From contig CM082593.2 of NCBI GenBank assembly GCA_040954595.2, forward strand, positions 9,805,200-9,869,199: DNA of 64,000 bases, written 5' to 3'. The notes under the pieces are model-generated. The model was not told the DNA's origin. It made no database searches and saw only the letters and a program-made list of their open reading frames with translations. Position 1 is the stretch's first letter. Each line of letters opens with the position of its first letter. This DNA is from Balanoglossus misakiensis. Taxonomy: Eukaryota; Animalia; Hemichordata. The translations under genes and the position numbers were made by a program. Below are positions 40,288-52,580 of this stretch, piece by piece.

Positions 40288-40942
40288 TTATTACACCTCA
40301 CGTATTATACCGTATTCGTGATTGGCTGAGACGCGCTCACGTGATATAGAAAAAAAAGTGATATAACATGGTTAGAGTTGATAAAGCCCTGTCGCGTGCG
40401 CTGATATTGCCCGCTGGGTTGTTTTGATGTTCTGCGCGCGACTTCTGCGCGTTCCAAACTGTCGTTCAATGGCTTCCTCCACGATCAGTCAACTCTCGCA
40501 TCTATGGCTTCAAAGCGACACATAGGCTTAATACCTGTTCAACTGGACGATATTTTACTGCAAACGGGCAGTAAATACACCAAAATTGCAACCAACAGCG
40601 CAGTATTTTCAAAATAATCTAAGTTCGAAGTAGGTATCATATAATTCTTGGGAGATCGAGACATTTTACATTCTCAGCAACATACGACATATGGACGCGC
40701 GTCTACGTTCTTCTATGCTGCAGTGTATGTACGTTCAAATGTTCGGCGTAATAAAATTAATAACACATGATGCTCGGGCAACATCACGATTTGAAGCCTG
40801 CCCTCGGGCTGGTGATCTCTGACCACAATATTGATGATACCCTCGCCTGCGGCTCGGGCATCATCAATATTATGGTCAGAGATCACCATCCCTCGTGCAG
40901 GCTTCAAATCGTGATATTGCCCTCGCTATCATGTGTTATTAT
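40288..40942. mobile_element. 655-bp non-autonomous insertion with a ~185-bp 3' imperfect hairpin; possibly Crypton-like
   Basis: Interrupts monomer atg|TTAA|atgtaaatcc with TTAA on both sides (40284-40287, 40943-40946). Inverted arms span 40758-40941 around ccctcgcctgcggctcggg. There are no true TIRs. The architecture matches 7313-7749. Confidence 0.8.
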
Positions 40943-43900
40943 TTAAATGTAAATCCATAGGTTAATACGTGGCCAAAAGCACTCTAATTTGACATTGCTA
41001 ATGCAACGATGACATTGAATCTGATTCTTTGCATCTGGGCAAATGGCGAAGCAAGGTTGATGATGCATCAGGGTAGATAGTGATGCAATCACTTCACTTT
41101 GACATGGGTATTAAATGCATATGGGGATTTCAAGTTGATGATAAATCCCTGGGTTAATACGTGTCCAAAAGCACTGTACTTTGACATTGCTAATGTAACG
41201 ATGACATTGAATCTGATTCTTTGCATCAGGGTAAATGGCGTAGCAAGCTTTATGATGCATCAGGGTAGATAGTGATGCAAACACTTCACTTTGACATGGG
41301 TATTAAATGCATATGGGGATTTCAGGTTGTTGAAAAATCTGTGGGTTAATACGTGGCCAAAAGCACTGTACTTTGACATTGCTAATGCAATGATGACATT
41401 GAATCTGATTCTTTGCATCAGGGTAAATGGCGTAGCAAGCTTTATGATGCATCAGGGTAGATAGTGTTGCAAACACTTCACTTTGACATGGGTATAAAAT
41501 GCCTACAGGGGGATTTAAAGTTGTCTGTAAATCCCTGGGTTAATACGTGTCCAAAAGCACTGTACTTTGACATTGCTAATGCAACGATGACATTGAATCT
41601 GATTCTTTGCATCAGGGTAAATGGCGTAGCAAGCTTTATGATGCATCAGGGTAGATAGTGATGCAAACTATTCACTTTGTCATGGGTATTAAATGCATAT
41701 GGGGATTTCAGGTTGTTGAAAAATCTGTGGGTTAATACGTGTCCAAAAGCACTGTACTTTGACATTGCTAATGCAACGATGACATTGAATCTCATTCTTT
41801 GCATCAGGGTAAATGGCGTAGCAAGCTTTATGACGCATCAGGGTAGATAGTGATGCAAACACTTCACTTTGACATGGGTATAAAAAGCCTACAGGGGGAT
41901 TTAAAGTTGTCTGTAAATCCCTGGGTTAATACGTGTCCAAAAACACTGTACTTTGACATTGCTAATGCAGCGATGACATTGAATCTGATTCTTTGCATCA
42001 GGGTAAATGGCGAAGCAAGGTTGATTATGCATCAGGGTAGATAGTGATGCAAGCTCTGCACTTTGACATGGGTATAAAATGCCTACAGGGGGATTTAAAG
42101 TTGTCTGTAAATCCCTGGGTAAATACGTGGCTGAAAGCACTGTACTTTGACATTGCATATGCAATGGTGACATTGAATGGGATTCTTTGCATTAGGGCAA
42201 ATGGCGAAGCAAGCTCAATGATGCATCAGAGTAGATGGTGATGCAAACTCTGCACTTTCACATGGGTATTTAATGTTAAATGTAAATCCATAGGTTAATA
42301 CGTGGCCAAAAGCACTCTAATTTGACATTGCTAATGCAACGATGACATTGAATCTGATTCTTTGCATCTGGGCAAATGGCGAAGCAAGGTTGATGATGCA
42401 TCAGGGTAGATAGTGATGCAATCACTTCACTTTGACATGGGTATTAAATGCATATGGGGATTTCAAGTTGATGATAAATCCCTGGGTTAATACGTGTCCA
42501 AAAGCACTGTACTTTGACATTGCTAATGTAACGATGACATTGAATCTGATTCTTTGCATCAGGGTAAATGGCGTAGCAAGCTTTATGATGCATCAGGGTA
42601 GATAGTGATGCAAACACTTCACTTTGACATGGGTATTAAATGCATATGGGGATTTCAGGTTGTTGAAAAATCTGTGGGTTAATACGTGTCGAAAAGCACT
42701 GTACTTTGACATTGCTAATGCAATGATGACATTGAATCTGATTCTTTGCATCAGGGTAAATGGCGTAGCAAGCTTTATGATGCATCAGGGTAGATAGTGT
42801 TGCAAACACTTCACTTTGACATGGGTATAAAATGCCTACAGGGGGATTTAAAGTTGTCTGTAAATCCCTGGGTTAATACGTGTCCAAAAGCACTGTACTT
42901 TGACATTGCTAATGCAACGATGACATTGAATCTGATTCTTTGCATCAGGGTAAATGGCGAAGCAAGGTTCATTATGCATCAGGGTAGATAGTGATGCAAG
43001 CTCTGCACTTTGACATGGGTATAAAATGCCTACAGGGGGATTTAAAGTTGTCTGTAAATCCCTGGGTTAATACGTGGCGGAAAGCACTGTACTTTGACAT
43101 TGCATATGCAATGGTGACATTGAATGGGATTCTTTGCATTAGGGCAAATGGCGAAGCAAGCTCAATGATGCATCAGAGTAGATGGTGATGCAAACTCTGC
43201 ACTTTCACATGGGTATTTAATGTTAAATGTAAATCCATAGGTTAATACGTGGCCAAAAGCACTCTAATTTGACATTGCTAATGGAACGATGACATTGAAT
43301 CTGATTCTTTGCATCAGGGCAAATGGCGAAGCAAGGTTGATGATGCATCAGGGTAGATAGTGATGCAATCACTTCACTTTGACATGGGTATTAAATGCAT
43401 ATGGGGATTTCAAGTTGATGATAAATCCCTGGGTTAATACGTGTCCAAAAGCACTGTACTTTGACATTGCTAATGTAACGATGACATTGAATATGATTCT
43501 TTGCATCAGGGTAAATGGCCTAGCAAGCTTTATGATGCATCAGGGTAGATAGTGATGCAAACACTTCACTTTGACATGGGTATTAAATGCATATGGGGAT
43601 TTCAGGTTGTTGAAAAATCTGTGGGTTAATACGTGTCGAAAAGCACTGTACTTTGACATTGCTAATGCAATGATGACATTGAATCTGATTCTTTGCATCA
43701 GGGTAAATGGCGAAGCAAGGTTGATGATGCATCAGGGTAGATAGTGATGCAAGCTCTGCACTTTGACATGGGTATAAAATGCCTACTGGGGGATTTAAAG
43801 TTGTCTGTAAATCCCTGGGTTAATACGTGGCGGAAAGCGCTGTACTTGGACATTGCATATGCAATGGTGACATTGAATGGGATTCTTTGCATTAGGGCAA

Positions 43901-46900
43901 ATGGCGTAGCAAGCTTTATGATGCATCAGGGTAGATAGTGATGCAAACACTTCACTTTGACATGGGTGTAAAATGCCTACAGGGGGATTTAAAGTTGTCT
44001 GTAAATCCCTGGGTTAATACGTGTCCAAAAGCACTGTACTTTGACATTGCTAATGCAACGATGACATTGAATCTGATTCTTTGCATCAGGGTAAATGGCG
44101 AAGCAAGGTTGATGATGCATCAGGGTAGATAGTGATGCAAGCTCTGCACTTTGACATGGGTATAAAATGTCTACTGGGGGATTTAAAGTTGTCTGTAAAT
44201 CCCTGGGTTAATACGTGGCGGAAAGCACTGTACTTGGACATTGCATATGCAATGGTGACATTGAATGGGATTCTTTGCATTAGGGCAAATGGCGAAGCAA
44301 GCTCAATGATGCATCAGAGTAGATGGTGATGCAAACTCTGCACTTTCACATGGGTATTTAATGTTAAATGTAAATCCATAGGTTAATACGTGGCCAAAAG
44401 CACTCTAATTTGACATTGCTAATGCAACGATGACATTGAATCTGATTCTTTGCATCAGGGCAAATGGCGAAGCAAGGTTGATGATGCATCAGGGTAGATA
44501 GTGATGCAATCGCTTTAATTTGACATGGGTATTAAATGCATATGGGGATTTCAAGTTGATGATAAATCCCTGGGTTAATACGTGTCCAAAAGCACTGTAC
44601 TTTGACATTGCTAATGTAACGATGACATTGAATCTGATTCTTTGCATCAGGGTAAATGGCGTAGCAAGCTTTATGATGCATCAGGGTAGATAGTGATGCA
44701 AACACTTCACTTTGACATGGGTATTAAATGCATATGGGGATTTCAGGTTGTTGAAAAATCTGTGGGTTAATTCGTGTCGAAAAGCACTGTACTTTGACAT
44801 TGCTAATGCAATGATGACATTGAATCTGATTCTTTGCATCAGGGTAAATGGCGTAGCAAGCTTTATGATGCATCAGGGTAGATAGTGTTGCAAACACTTC
44901 ACTTTGACATGGGTATAAAATGCCTACAGGGGGATTTACAGTTGTCTGTAAATCCCTGGGTTAATACGTGTCCAAAAGCACTGTACTTTGACATTGCTAA
45001 TGCAACGATGACATTGAATCTGATTCTTTGCATCAGGGTAAATGGCGAAGCAAGGTTGATTATGCATCAGGGTAGATAGTGATGCAAGCTCTGCACTTTG
45101 ACATGGGTATAAAATGCCTACAGGGGGATTTAAAGTTGTCTGTAAATCCCTGGGTTAATACGTGGCGGAAAGCACTGTACTTTGACATTGCATATGCAAT
45201 GGAGACATTGAATGGGATTCTTTGCATTAGGGCAAATGGCGAAGCAAGCTCAATGATGCATCAGAGTAGATGGTGATGCAAACTCTGCACTTTCACATGG
45301 GTATTTAATGTTAAATGTAAATCCATAGGTTAATACGTGGCCAAAAGCACTCTAATTTGACATTGCTAATGCAACGATGACATTGAATCTGATTCTTTGC
45401 ATCAGGGCAAATGGCGAAGCAAGGTTGATGATGCATCAAGGTAGATAGTGATGCAATCACTTCACTTTGACATGGGTATTAAATGCATATGGGGATTTCA
45501 AGTTGATGATAAATCCCTGGGTTAATACGTGTCCAAAAGCACTGTACTTTGACATTGCTAATGTAACGATGACATTGAATATGATTCTTTGCATCAGGGT
45601 AAATGGCGTAGCAAGCTTTATGATGCATCAGGGTAGATAGTGATGCAAACACTTCACTTTGACATGGGTATTAAATGCATATGGGGATTTCAGGTTGTTG
45701 AAAAATCTGTGGGTTAATACGTGTCGAAAAGCACTGTCCTTTGACATTGCTAATGCAATGATGACATTGAATCTGATTCTTTGCATCAGGGTAAATGGCG
45801 TAGCAAGCTTTATGATGCATCAGGGTAGATAGTGTTGCAAACACTTCACTTTGACATGGGTATAAAATGCCTACAGGGGGATTTACAGTTGTCTGTAAAT
45901 CCCTGGGTTAATACGTGTCCAAAAGCACTGTACTTTGACATTGCTAATGCAACGATGACATTGAATCTGATTCTTTGCATCAGGGTAAATGGCGAAGCAA
46001 GGTTGATTATGCATCAGGGTAGATAGTGATGCAAGCTCTGCACTTTGACATGGGTATAAAATGCCTACAGGGGGATTTAAAGTTGTCTGTAAATCCCTGG
46101 GTTAATACGTGGCGGAAAGCACTGTACTTTGACATTGCATATGCAATGGAGACATTGAATGGGATTCTTTGCATTAGGGCAAATGGCGAAGCAAGCTCAA
46201 TGATGCATCAGAGTAGATGGTGATGCAAACTCTGCACTTTCACATGGGTATTTAATGTTAAATGTAAATCCATAGGTTAATACGTGGCCAAAAGCACTCT
46301 AATTTGACATTGCTAATGCAACGATGACATTGAATCTGATTCTTTGCATCAGGGCAAATGGCGAAGCAAGGTTGATGATGCATCAAGGTAGATAGTGATG
46401 CAATCACTTCACTTTGACATGGGTATTAAATGCATATGGGGATTTCAAGTTAATGATAAATCCCTGGGTTAATACGTGTCCAAAAGCACTGTACTTTGAC
46501 ATTGCTAATGTAACGATGACATTGAATATGATTCTTTGCATCAGGGTAAATGGCGTAGCAAGCTTTATGATGCATCAGGGTAGATAGTGATGCAAACACT
46601 TCACTTTGACATGGGTATTAAATGCATATGGGGATTTCAGGTTGTTGAAAAATCTGTGGGTTAATACGTGTCGAAAAGCACTGTCCTTTGACATTGCTAA
46701 TGCAATGATGACATTGAATCTGATTCTTTGCATCAGGGTAAATGGCGTAGCAAGCTTTATGATGCATCAGGGTAGATAGTGATGCAAACACTTCACTTTG
46801 ACATGGGTGTAAAATGCCTACAGGGGGATTTAAAGTTGTCTGTAAATCCCTGGGTTAATACGTGTCCAAAAGCACTGTACTTTGACATTGCTAATGCAAC

Positions 46901-49900
46901 GATGACATTGAATCTGATTCTTTGCATCAGGGTAAATGGCGAAGCAAGGTTGATGATGCATCAGGGTAGATAGTGATGCCAGCTCTGCACTTTGACATGG
47001 GTATAAAATGCCTACTGGGGGATTTAAAGTTGTCTGTAAATCCCTGGGTTAATACGTGGCGGAAAGCACTGTACTTTGACATTGCATATGCAATGGTGAC
47101 ATTGAATGGGATTCTTTGCATTAGGGCAAATGGCGAAGCAAGCTCAATGATGCATCAGAGTAGATGGTGATGCAAACTCTGCACTTTCACATGGGTATTT
47201 AATGTTAAATGTAAATCCATAGGTTAATACGTGGCCAAAAGCACTCTAATTTGACATTGCTAATGCAACGATGACATTGAATCTGATTCTTTGCATCAGG
47301 GCAAATGGCGAAGCAAGGTTGATGATGCATCAGGGTAGATAGTGATGCAATCACTTCAATTTGACATGGGTATTAAATGCATATGGGGATTTCAAGTTGA
47401 TGATAAATCCCTGGGTTAATACGTGTCCAAAAGCACTGTACTTTGACATTGCTAATGTAACGATGACATTGAATCTGATTCTTTGCATCAGGGTAAATGG
47501 CGTAGCAAGCTTTATGATGCATCAGGGTAGATAGTGATGCAAACACTTCACTTTGACATGGGTATTAAATGCATATGGGGATTTCAGGTTGTTGAAAAAT
47601 CTGTGGGTTAATACGTGTCGAAAAGCACTGTCCTTTGACATTGCTAATGCAATGATGACATTGAATCTGATTCTTTGCATCAGGGTAAATGGCGTAGCAA
47701 GCTTTATGATGCATCAGGGTAGATAGTGTTGCAAACACTTCACTTTGACATGGGTATAAAATGCCTACAGGGGGATTTACAGTTGTCTGTAAATCCCTGG
47801 GTTAATACGTGTCCAAAAGCACTGTACTTTGACATTGCTAATGCAACGATGACATTGAATCTGATTCTTTGCATCAGGGTAAATGGCGAAGCAAGGTTGA
47901 TTATGCATCAGGGTAGATAGTGATGCAAGCTCTGCACTTTGACATGGGTATAAAATGCCTACAGGGGGATTTAAAGTTGTCTGTAAATCCCTGGGTTAAT
48001 ACGTGGCGGAAAGCACTGTACTTTGACATTGCATATGCAATGGAGACATTGAATGGGAGTCTTTGCATTAGGGCAAATGGCGAAGCAAGCTCAATGATGC
48101 ATCAGAGTAGATGGTGATGCAAACTCTGCACTTTCACATGGGTATTTAATGTTAAATGTAAATCCATAGGTTAATACGTGGCCAAAAGCACTCTAATTTG
48201 ACATTGCTAATGCAACGATGACATTGAATCTGATTCTTTGCATCAGGGCAAATGGCGAAGCAAGGTTGATGATGCATCAAGGTAGATAGTGATGCAATCA
48301 CTTCACTTTGACATGGGTATTAAATGCATATGGGGATTTCAAGTTAATGATAAATCCCTGGGTTAATACGTGTCCAAAAGCACTGTACTTTGACATTGCT
48401 AATGTAACGATGACATTGAATATGATTCTTTGCATCAGGGTAAATGGCGTAGCAAGCTTTATGATGCATCAGGGTAGATAGTGATGCAAACACTTCACTT
48501 TGACATGGGTATTAAATGCATATGGGGATTTCAGGTTGTTGAAAAATCTGTGGGTTAATACGTGTCGAAAAGCACTGTCCTTTGACATTGCTAATGCAAT
48601 GATGACATTGAATCTGATTCTTTGCATCAGGGTAAATGGCGTAGCAAGCTTTATGATGCATCAGGGTAGATAGTGATGCAAACACTTCACTTTGACATGG
48701 GTGTAAAATGCCTACAGGGGGATTTAAAGTTGTCTGTAAATCCCTGGGTTAATACGTGTCCAAAAGCACTGTACTTTGACATTGCTAATGCAACGATGAC
48801 ATTGAATCTGATTCTTTGCATCAGGGTAAATGGCGAAGCAAGGTTGATGATGCATCAGGGTAGATAGTGATGCCAGCTCTGCACTTTGACATGGGTATAA
48901 AATGCCTACTGGGGGATTTAAAGTTGTCTGTAAATCCCTGGGTTAATACGTGGCGGAAAGCACTGTACTTTGACATTGCATATGCAATGGTGACATTGAA
49001 TGGGATTCTTTGCATTAGGGCAAATGGCGAAGCAAGCTCAATGATGCATCAGAGTAGATGGTGATGCAAACTCTGCACTTTCACATGGGTATTTAATGTT
49101 AAATGTAAATCCATAGGTTAATACGTGGCCAAAAGCACTCTAATTTGACATTGCTAATGCAACGATGACATTGAATCTGATTCTTTGCATCAGGGCAAAT
49201 GGCGAAGCAAGGTTGATGATGCATTAGGGTAGATAGTGATGCAATCACTTCAATTTGACATGGGTATTAAATGCATATGGGGATTTCAAGTTGATGATAA
49301 ATCCCTGGGTTAATACGTGTCCAAAAGCACTGTACTTTGACATTGCTAATGTAACGATGACATTGAATCTGATTCTTTGCATCAGGGCAAATGGCGAAGC
49401 AAGGTTGATGATGCATCAGGGTAGATAGTGATGCAATCACTTCACTTTGACATGGGTATTAAATGCACATGGGGATTTCAGGTTGTTGAAAAATCTGTGG
49501 GTTAATACGTGTCCAAAAGCACTGTACTTTGACATTGCTAATGCAACGATGACATTGAATCTGATTCTTTGCATCAGGGTAAATGGCGTAGCAAGCTTTA
49601 TGATGCATCAGGGTAGATAGTGATGCAAACACTTCACTTTGACATGGGTATTAAATGCATATGGGGATTTCAGGTTGTTGAAAAATCTGTGGGTTAATAC
49701 GTGTCGAAAAGCACTGTACTTTGACATTGCTAATGCAATGATGACATTGAATCTGATTCTTTGCATTAGGGTAAATGGCGTAGCAAGCTTTATGATGCAT
49801 CAGGGTAGATAGTGTTGCAAACACTTTACTTTGACATGGGTATAAAATGCCTACAGGGGGATTTAAAGTTGTCTTTAAATCCCTGGGTTAATACGTGTCC

Positions 49901-50802
49901 AAAAGCACTGTACTTTGACATTGTTAATGCAACGATGACATTGAATCTGATTCTTTGCATCATGGTAAATGGCGAAGCAAGGTTGATTATGCATCAGGGT
50001 AGATAGTGATGCAAGCTCTGCACTTTGACATGGGTATAAAATGCCTACAGGGGGATTTAAAGTTGTCTGTAAATCCCTGGGTTAATACGTGGCGGAAAGC
50101 ACTGTACTTTGACATTGCATATGCAATGGTGACATTGAATGGGATTCTTTGCATTAGGGCAAATGGCGAAGCAAGCTCAATGATGCATCAGAGTAGATGG
50201 TGATGCAAACTCTGCACTTTCACATGGGTATTTAATGTTAAATGTAAATCCATAGGTTAATACGTGGCCAAAAGCACTCTAATTTGACATTGCTAATGCA
50301 ACGATGACATTGAATCTGATTCTTTGCATCAGGGCAAATGGCGAAGCAAGGTTGATGATGCATCAAGGTAGATAGTGATGCAATCACTTCACTTTGACAT
50401 GGGTATTAAATGCATATGGGGATTTCAAGTTGATGATAAATCCCTAGGTTAATACGTGTCCAAAAGCACTGTACTTTGACATTGCTAATGTAACGATGAC
50501 ATTGAATATGATTCTTTGCATCAGGGTAAATGGCGTAGCAAGCTTTATGATGCATCAGGGTAGATAGTGATGCAAACACTTCACTTTGACATGGGTATTA
50601 AATGCATATGGGGATTTCAGGTTGTTGAAAAATCTGTGGGTTAATACGTGTCGAAAAGCACTGTACTTTGACATTGCTAATGCAATGATGACATTGAATC
50701 TGATTCTTTGCATCAGGGTAAATGGCGTAGCAAGCTTTATGATGCATCAGGGTAGATAGTGATGCAAACACTTCACTTTGACATGGGTATTAAATGAACA
50801 TT

Positions 50803-50910
50803 CTAAAGACTGGCAAGCACCTGAAAAGCATGACGCAAGGAGGTCTCGGAGGTTCTAATATACAACTGGTAACAGTCACTAGACCATCTACCTAAGTACT
50901 GAATTAGGTG
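50803..50910 (-). pseudogene. Tyrosine recombinase C-terminal remnant (35 aa)
   Basis: Manual translation gives HLIQYLGRWSSDCYQLYIRTSETSLRHAFQVLASL*. This matches the box II LGRW.S..Y..Y motif carrying the catalytic tyrosine. It is too short for the ORF track. Confidence 0.85.
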
Positions 50911-52151
50911 GGTCGCTGTCTGCCCGAGCAATTGCCCTGGGCTTTGCTGTGGTCGCCGGAGAAGCAGATGGAACAGCAATGGGCGAAGGAACAGTTATCT
51001 TTTTTACAACCCGTGGGCGAATTGAAATTATTGCAGAGTTCTTTATCCTGATGGAAAACGCGGGGACGTCCCTGTCGGTCCTGTGATGGCGGTTGCGGTG
51101 GTGCGGAGATGGAGTTAACCGATTTCCTGCTGCCCGGAGCGAGTTGCGGACATATCTCGGTAGCGTGGGCTACACTTCCGCACAGGTTGCACAGCACTGC
51201 TCGCATGCCGGAGAAAATAGAACAATATAAAGTAGTGTCCCGGCGAGACCAATCCACTTTTATGTTATGGTTTTGCAGCAAAGCCGAGGCCCTAGCGGAA
51301 AATGCACGAAGGTACTCATAAAAGGCCAAGCCACTAAAACGACGCGACATGTCGACTACATCTCGTTGGTATGCGTCCAGTTCTTCACGGCGATTCGGAT
51401 AAACCTCGCACATAACATTTTTATAAACCGAAAAGGCTAGAATGAATTCTTGGATTGTAAGCGAGCGATGAACTCGAGTGTCGTGTAAAGGTCGCAGCGA
51501 CAGGGCCTCGTCGCCGATAACGATGTGACGCTGGCTATCGTTGAAGCTGTACCCCGGAATGAGCAGGCATGCCAAATTGACGTCCTTACCTGCGAGAATA
51601 TCTCGACGAAGGGAGGGTGATACCAGTTCGACGTGCGGTAAATTTTCCGAGGAAATACCGCGAGAACGGAGCAGGTCATTGGTAGCGCCAGAATGGTTGT
51701 TGTTAGTGGCCGAGCCGCGGCCGCCATCTTGGAAAGCGTTGGTGTGTACGTTTTGCTCCATAGGCGGATGTGACGTCACCGACGATGACGTCATGGGTGC
51801 GTTGTTGCTGAACCCTGGATTTTGCTGTTCCAAAACTAAGCGCGTCAGGTTGTTGACAGAGTCTTGCAGAGATGTAAACATGGAAGTAGTTACATAATTG
51901 TTTTGCTGCTCTTGCCTACTGCCTTGGGGGACGTCGGAAAAATCAGGAGAGGAACGACGATCGGCTGGAACCTCGTTGTTGTAGCCCTGAACAGAAGTCG
52001 CACAGTTCTCAGTGACCAGTCTATTCAGATCGGTGGTACTCTGCGACGCAGGCATGGCATCCGGTGTCGCTGAAGAACGGGATTGAGCTCGGGTAGTCGG
52101 TCTGACGTACGGCTGAGCTGTTGGGACTCGTGATCGACGTCTGGCGGGCAT
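50904..52151 (-). CDS. Gag-like ORF1 of a Ngaro/DIRS retrotransposon (~415 aa from MPARRRSR)
   Basis: Low-complexity N-terminus, then LPHVELVSPSLRRDILAGKDVNLACLL, LTIQEFILAFSVYKNVMC..YP.RREELDAY, FYEY..AFS and VDWS.RD..LY. C-terminal Cys/His fingers (CNLCGSVAH, CNNFN..GC...CSFAH.CSIC...H) follow. The first ATG is at 52151; the ORF track starts upstream at a TTG. Confidence 0.8.
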   Translation of the reverse strand: MPARRRSRVPTAQPYVRPTTRAQSRSSATPDAMPASQSTTDLNRLVTENCATSVQGYNNEVPADRRSSPDFSDVPQGSRQEQQNNYVTTSMFTSLQDSVNNLTRLVLEQQNPGFSNNAPMTSSSVTSHPPMEQNVHTNAFQDGGRGSATNNNHSGATNDLLRSRGISSENLPHVELVSPSLRRDILAGKDVNLACLLIPGYSFNDSQRHIVIGDEALSLRPLHDTRVHRSLTIQEFILAFSVYKNVMCEVYPNRREELDAYQRDVVDMSRRFSGLAFYEYLRAFSARASALLQNHNIKVDWSRRDTTLYCSIFSGMRAVLCNLCGSVAHATEICPQLAPGSRKSVNSISAPPQPPSQDRQGRPRVFHQDKELCNNFNSPTGCKKDNCSFAHCCSICFSGDHSKAQGNCSGRQRPT

Positions 52152-52580
52152 TTTTCTTCGGTTAGAACACGTAACGACGAAGAATGAAAGCACAGGTTGA
52201 AATGGAGGAGTTACGTAGTAAATAAAGGCGACGTGACCTGGCTCAAGCAGAGAACTGAATGAATGAAAGAAAGAATGGGGAAACAAAGGACGGCCAGTCT
52301 GACGCTAAGGGCCGTGTGCACAGGCCAAGCTGATTGGTCAGAAACGAAGCAAGTAAAGGTCAGCACCAACGGCGCTGATTGGTCGCGGAAATGGAGGTGG
52401 GGCTAGTGAAGACCACCTCGGTGTGTTCACAAAAAGCATCTGTGATACAACACAGATTTTACTTAATACGTGTCGAAAAGCACTGTACTTTGACATTGCT
52501 AATGCAATGATGACATTGAATATAATTCTTTGCATCAGGGTAAATGGCGTAGCAAGCTTTATGATGCATCAGGGTAGATA

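Larger units (their letters stand above)
50797..52462 (-). mobile_element. Internally deleted, 3'-truncated tyrosine-recombinase retrotransposon (Ngaro/DIRS-type)
   Basis: A 1666-bp GC-richer insert replaces 36 bp of satellite with no TSD. It carries a gag-like ORF plus a YR C-terminal remnant. The 5' end abuts TTAA (52463-52466). Confidence 0.85.

Noticed and set aside
51109-52073. Overlapping alternative ORFs within the gag region
   Set aside because: These are shadow frames of a GC-richer coding sequence with no RT or other motifs.
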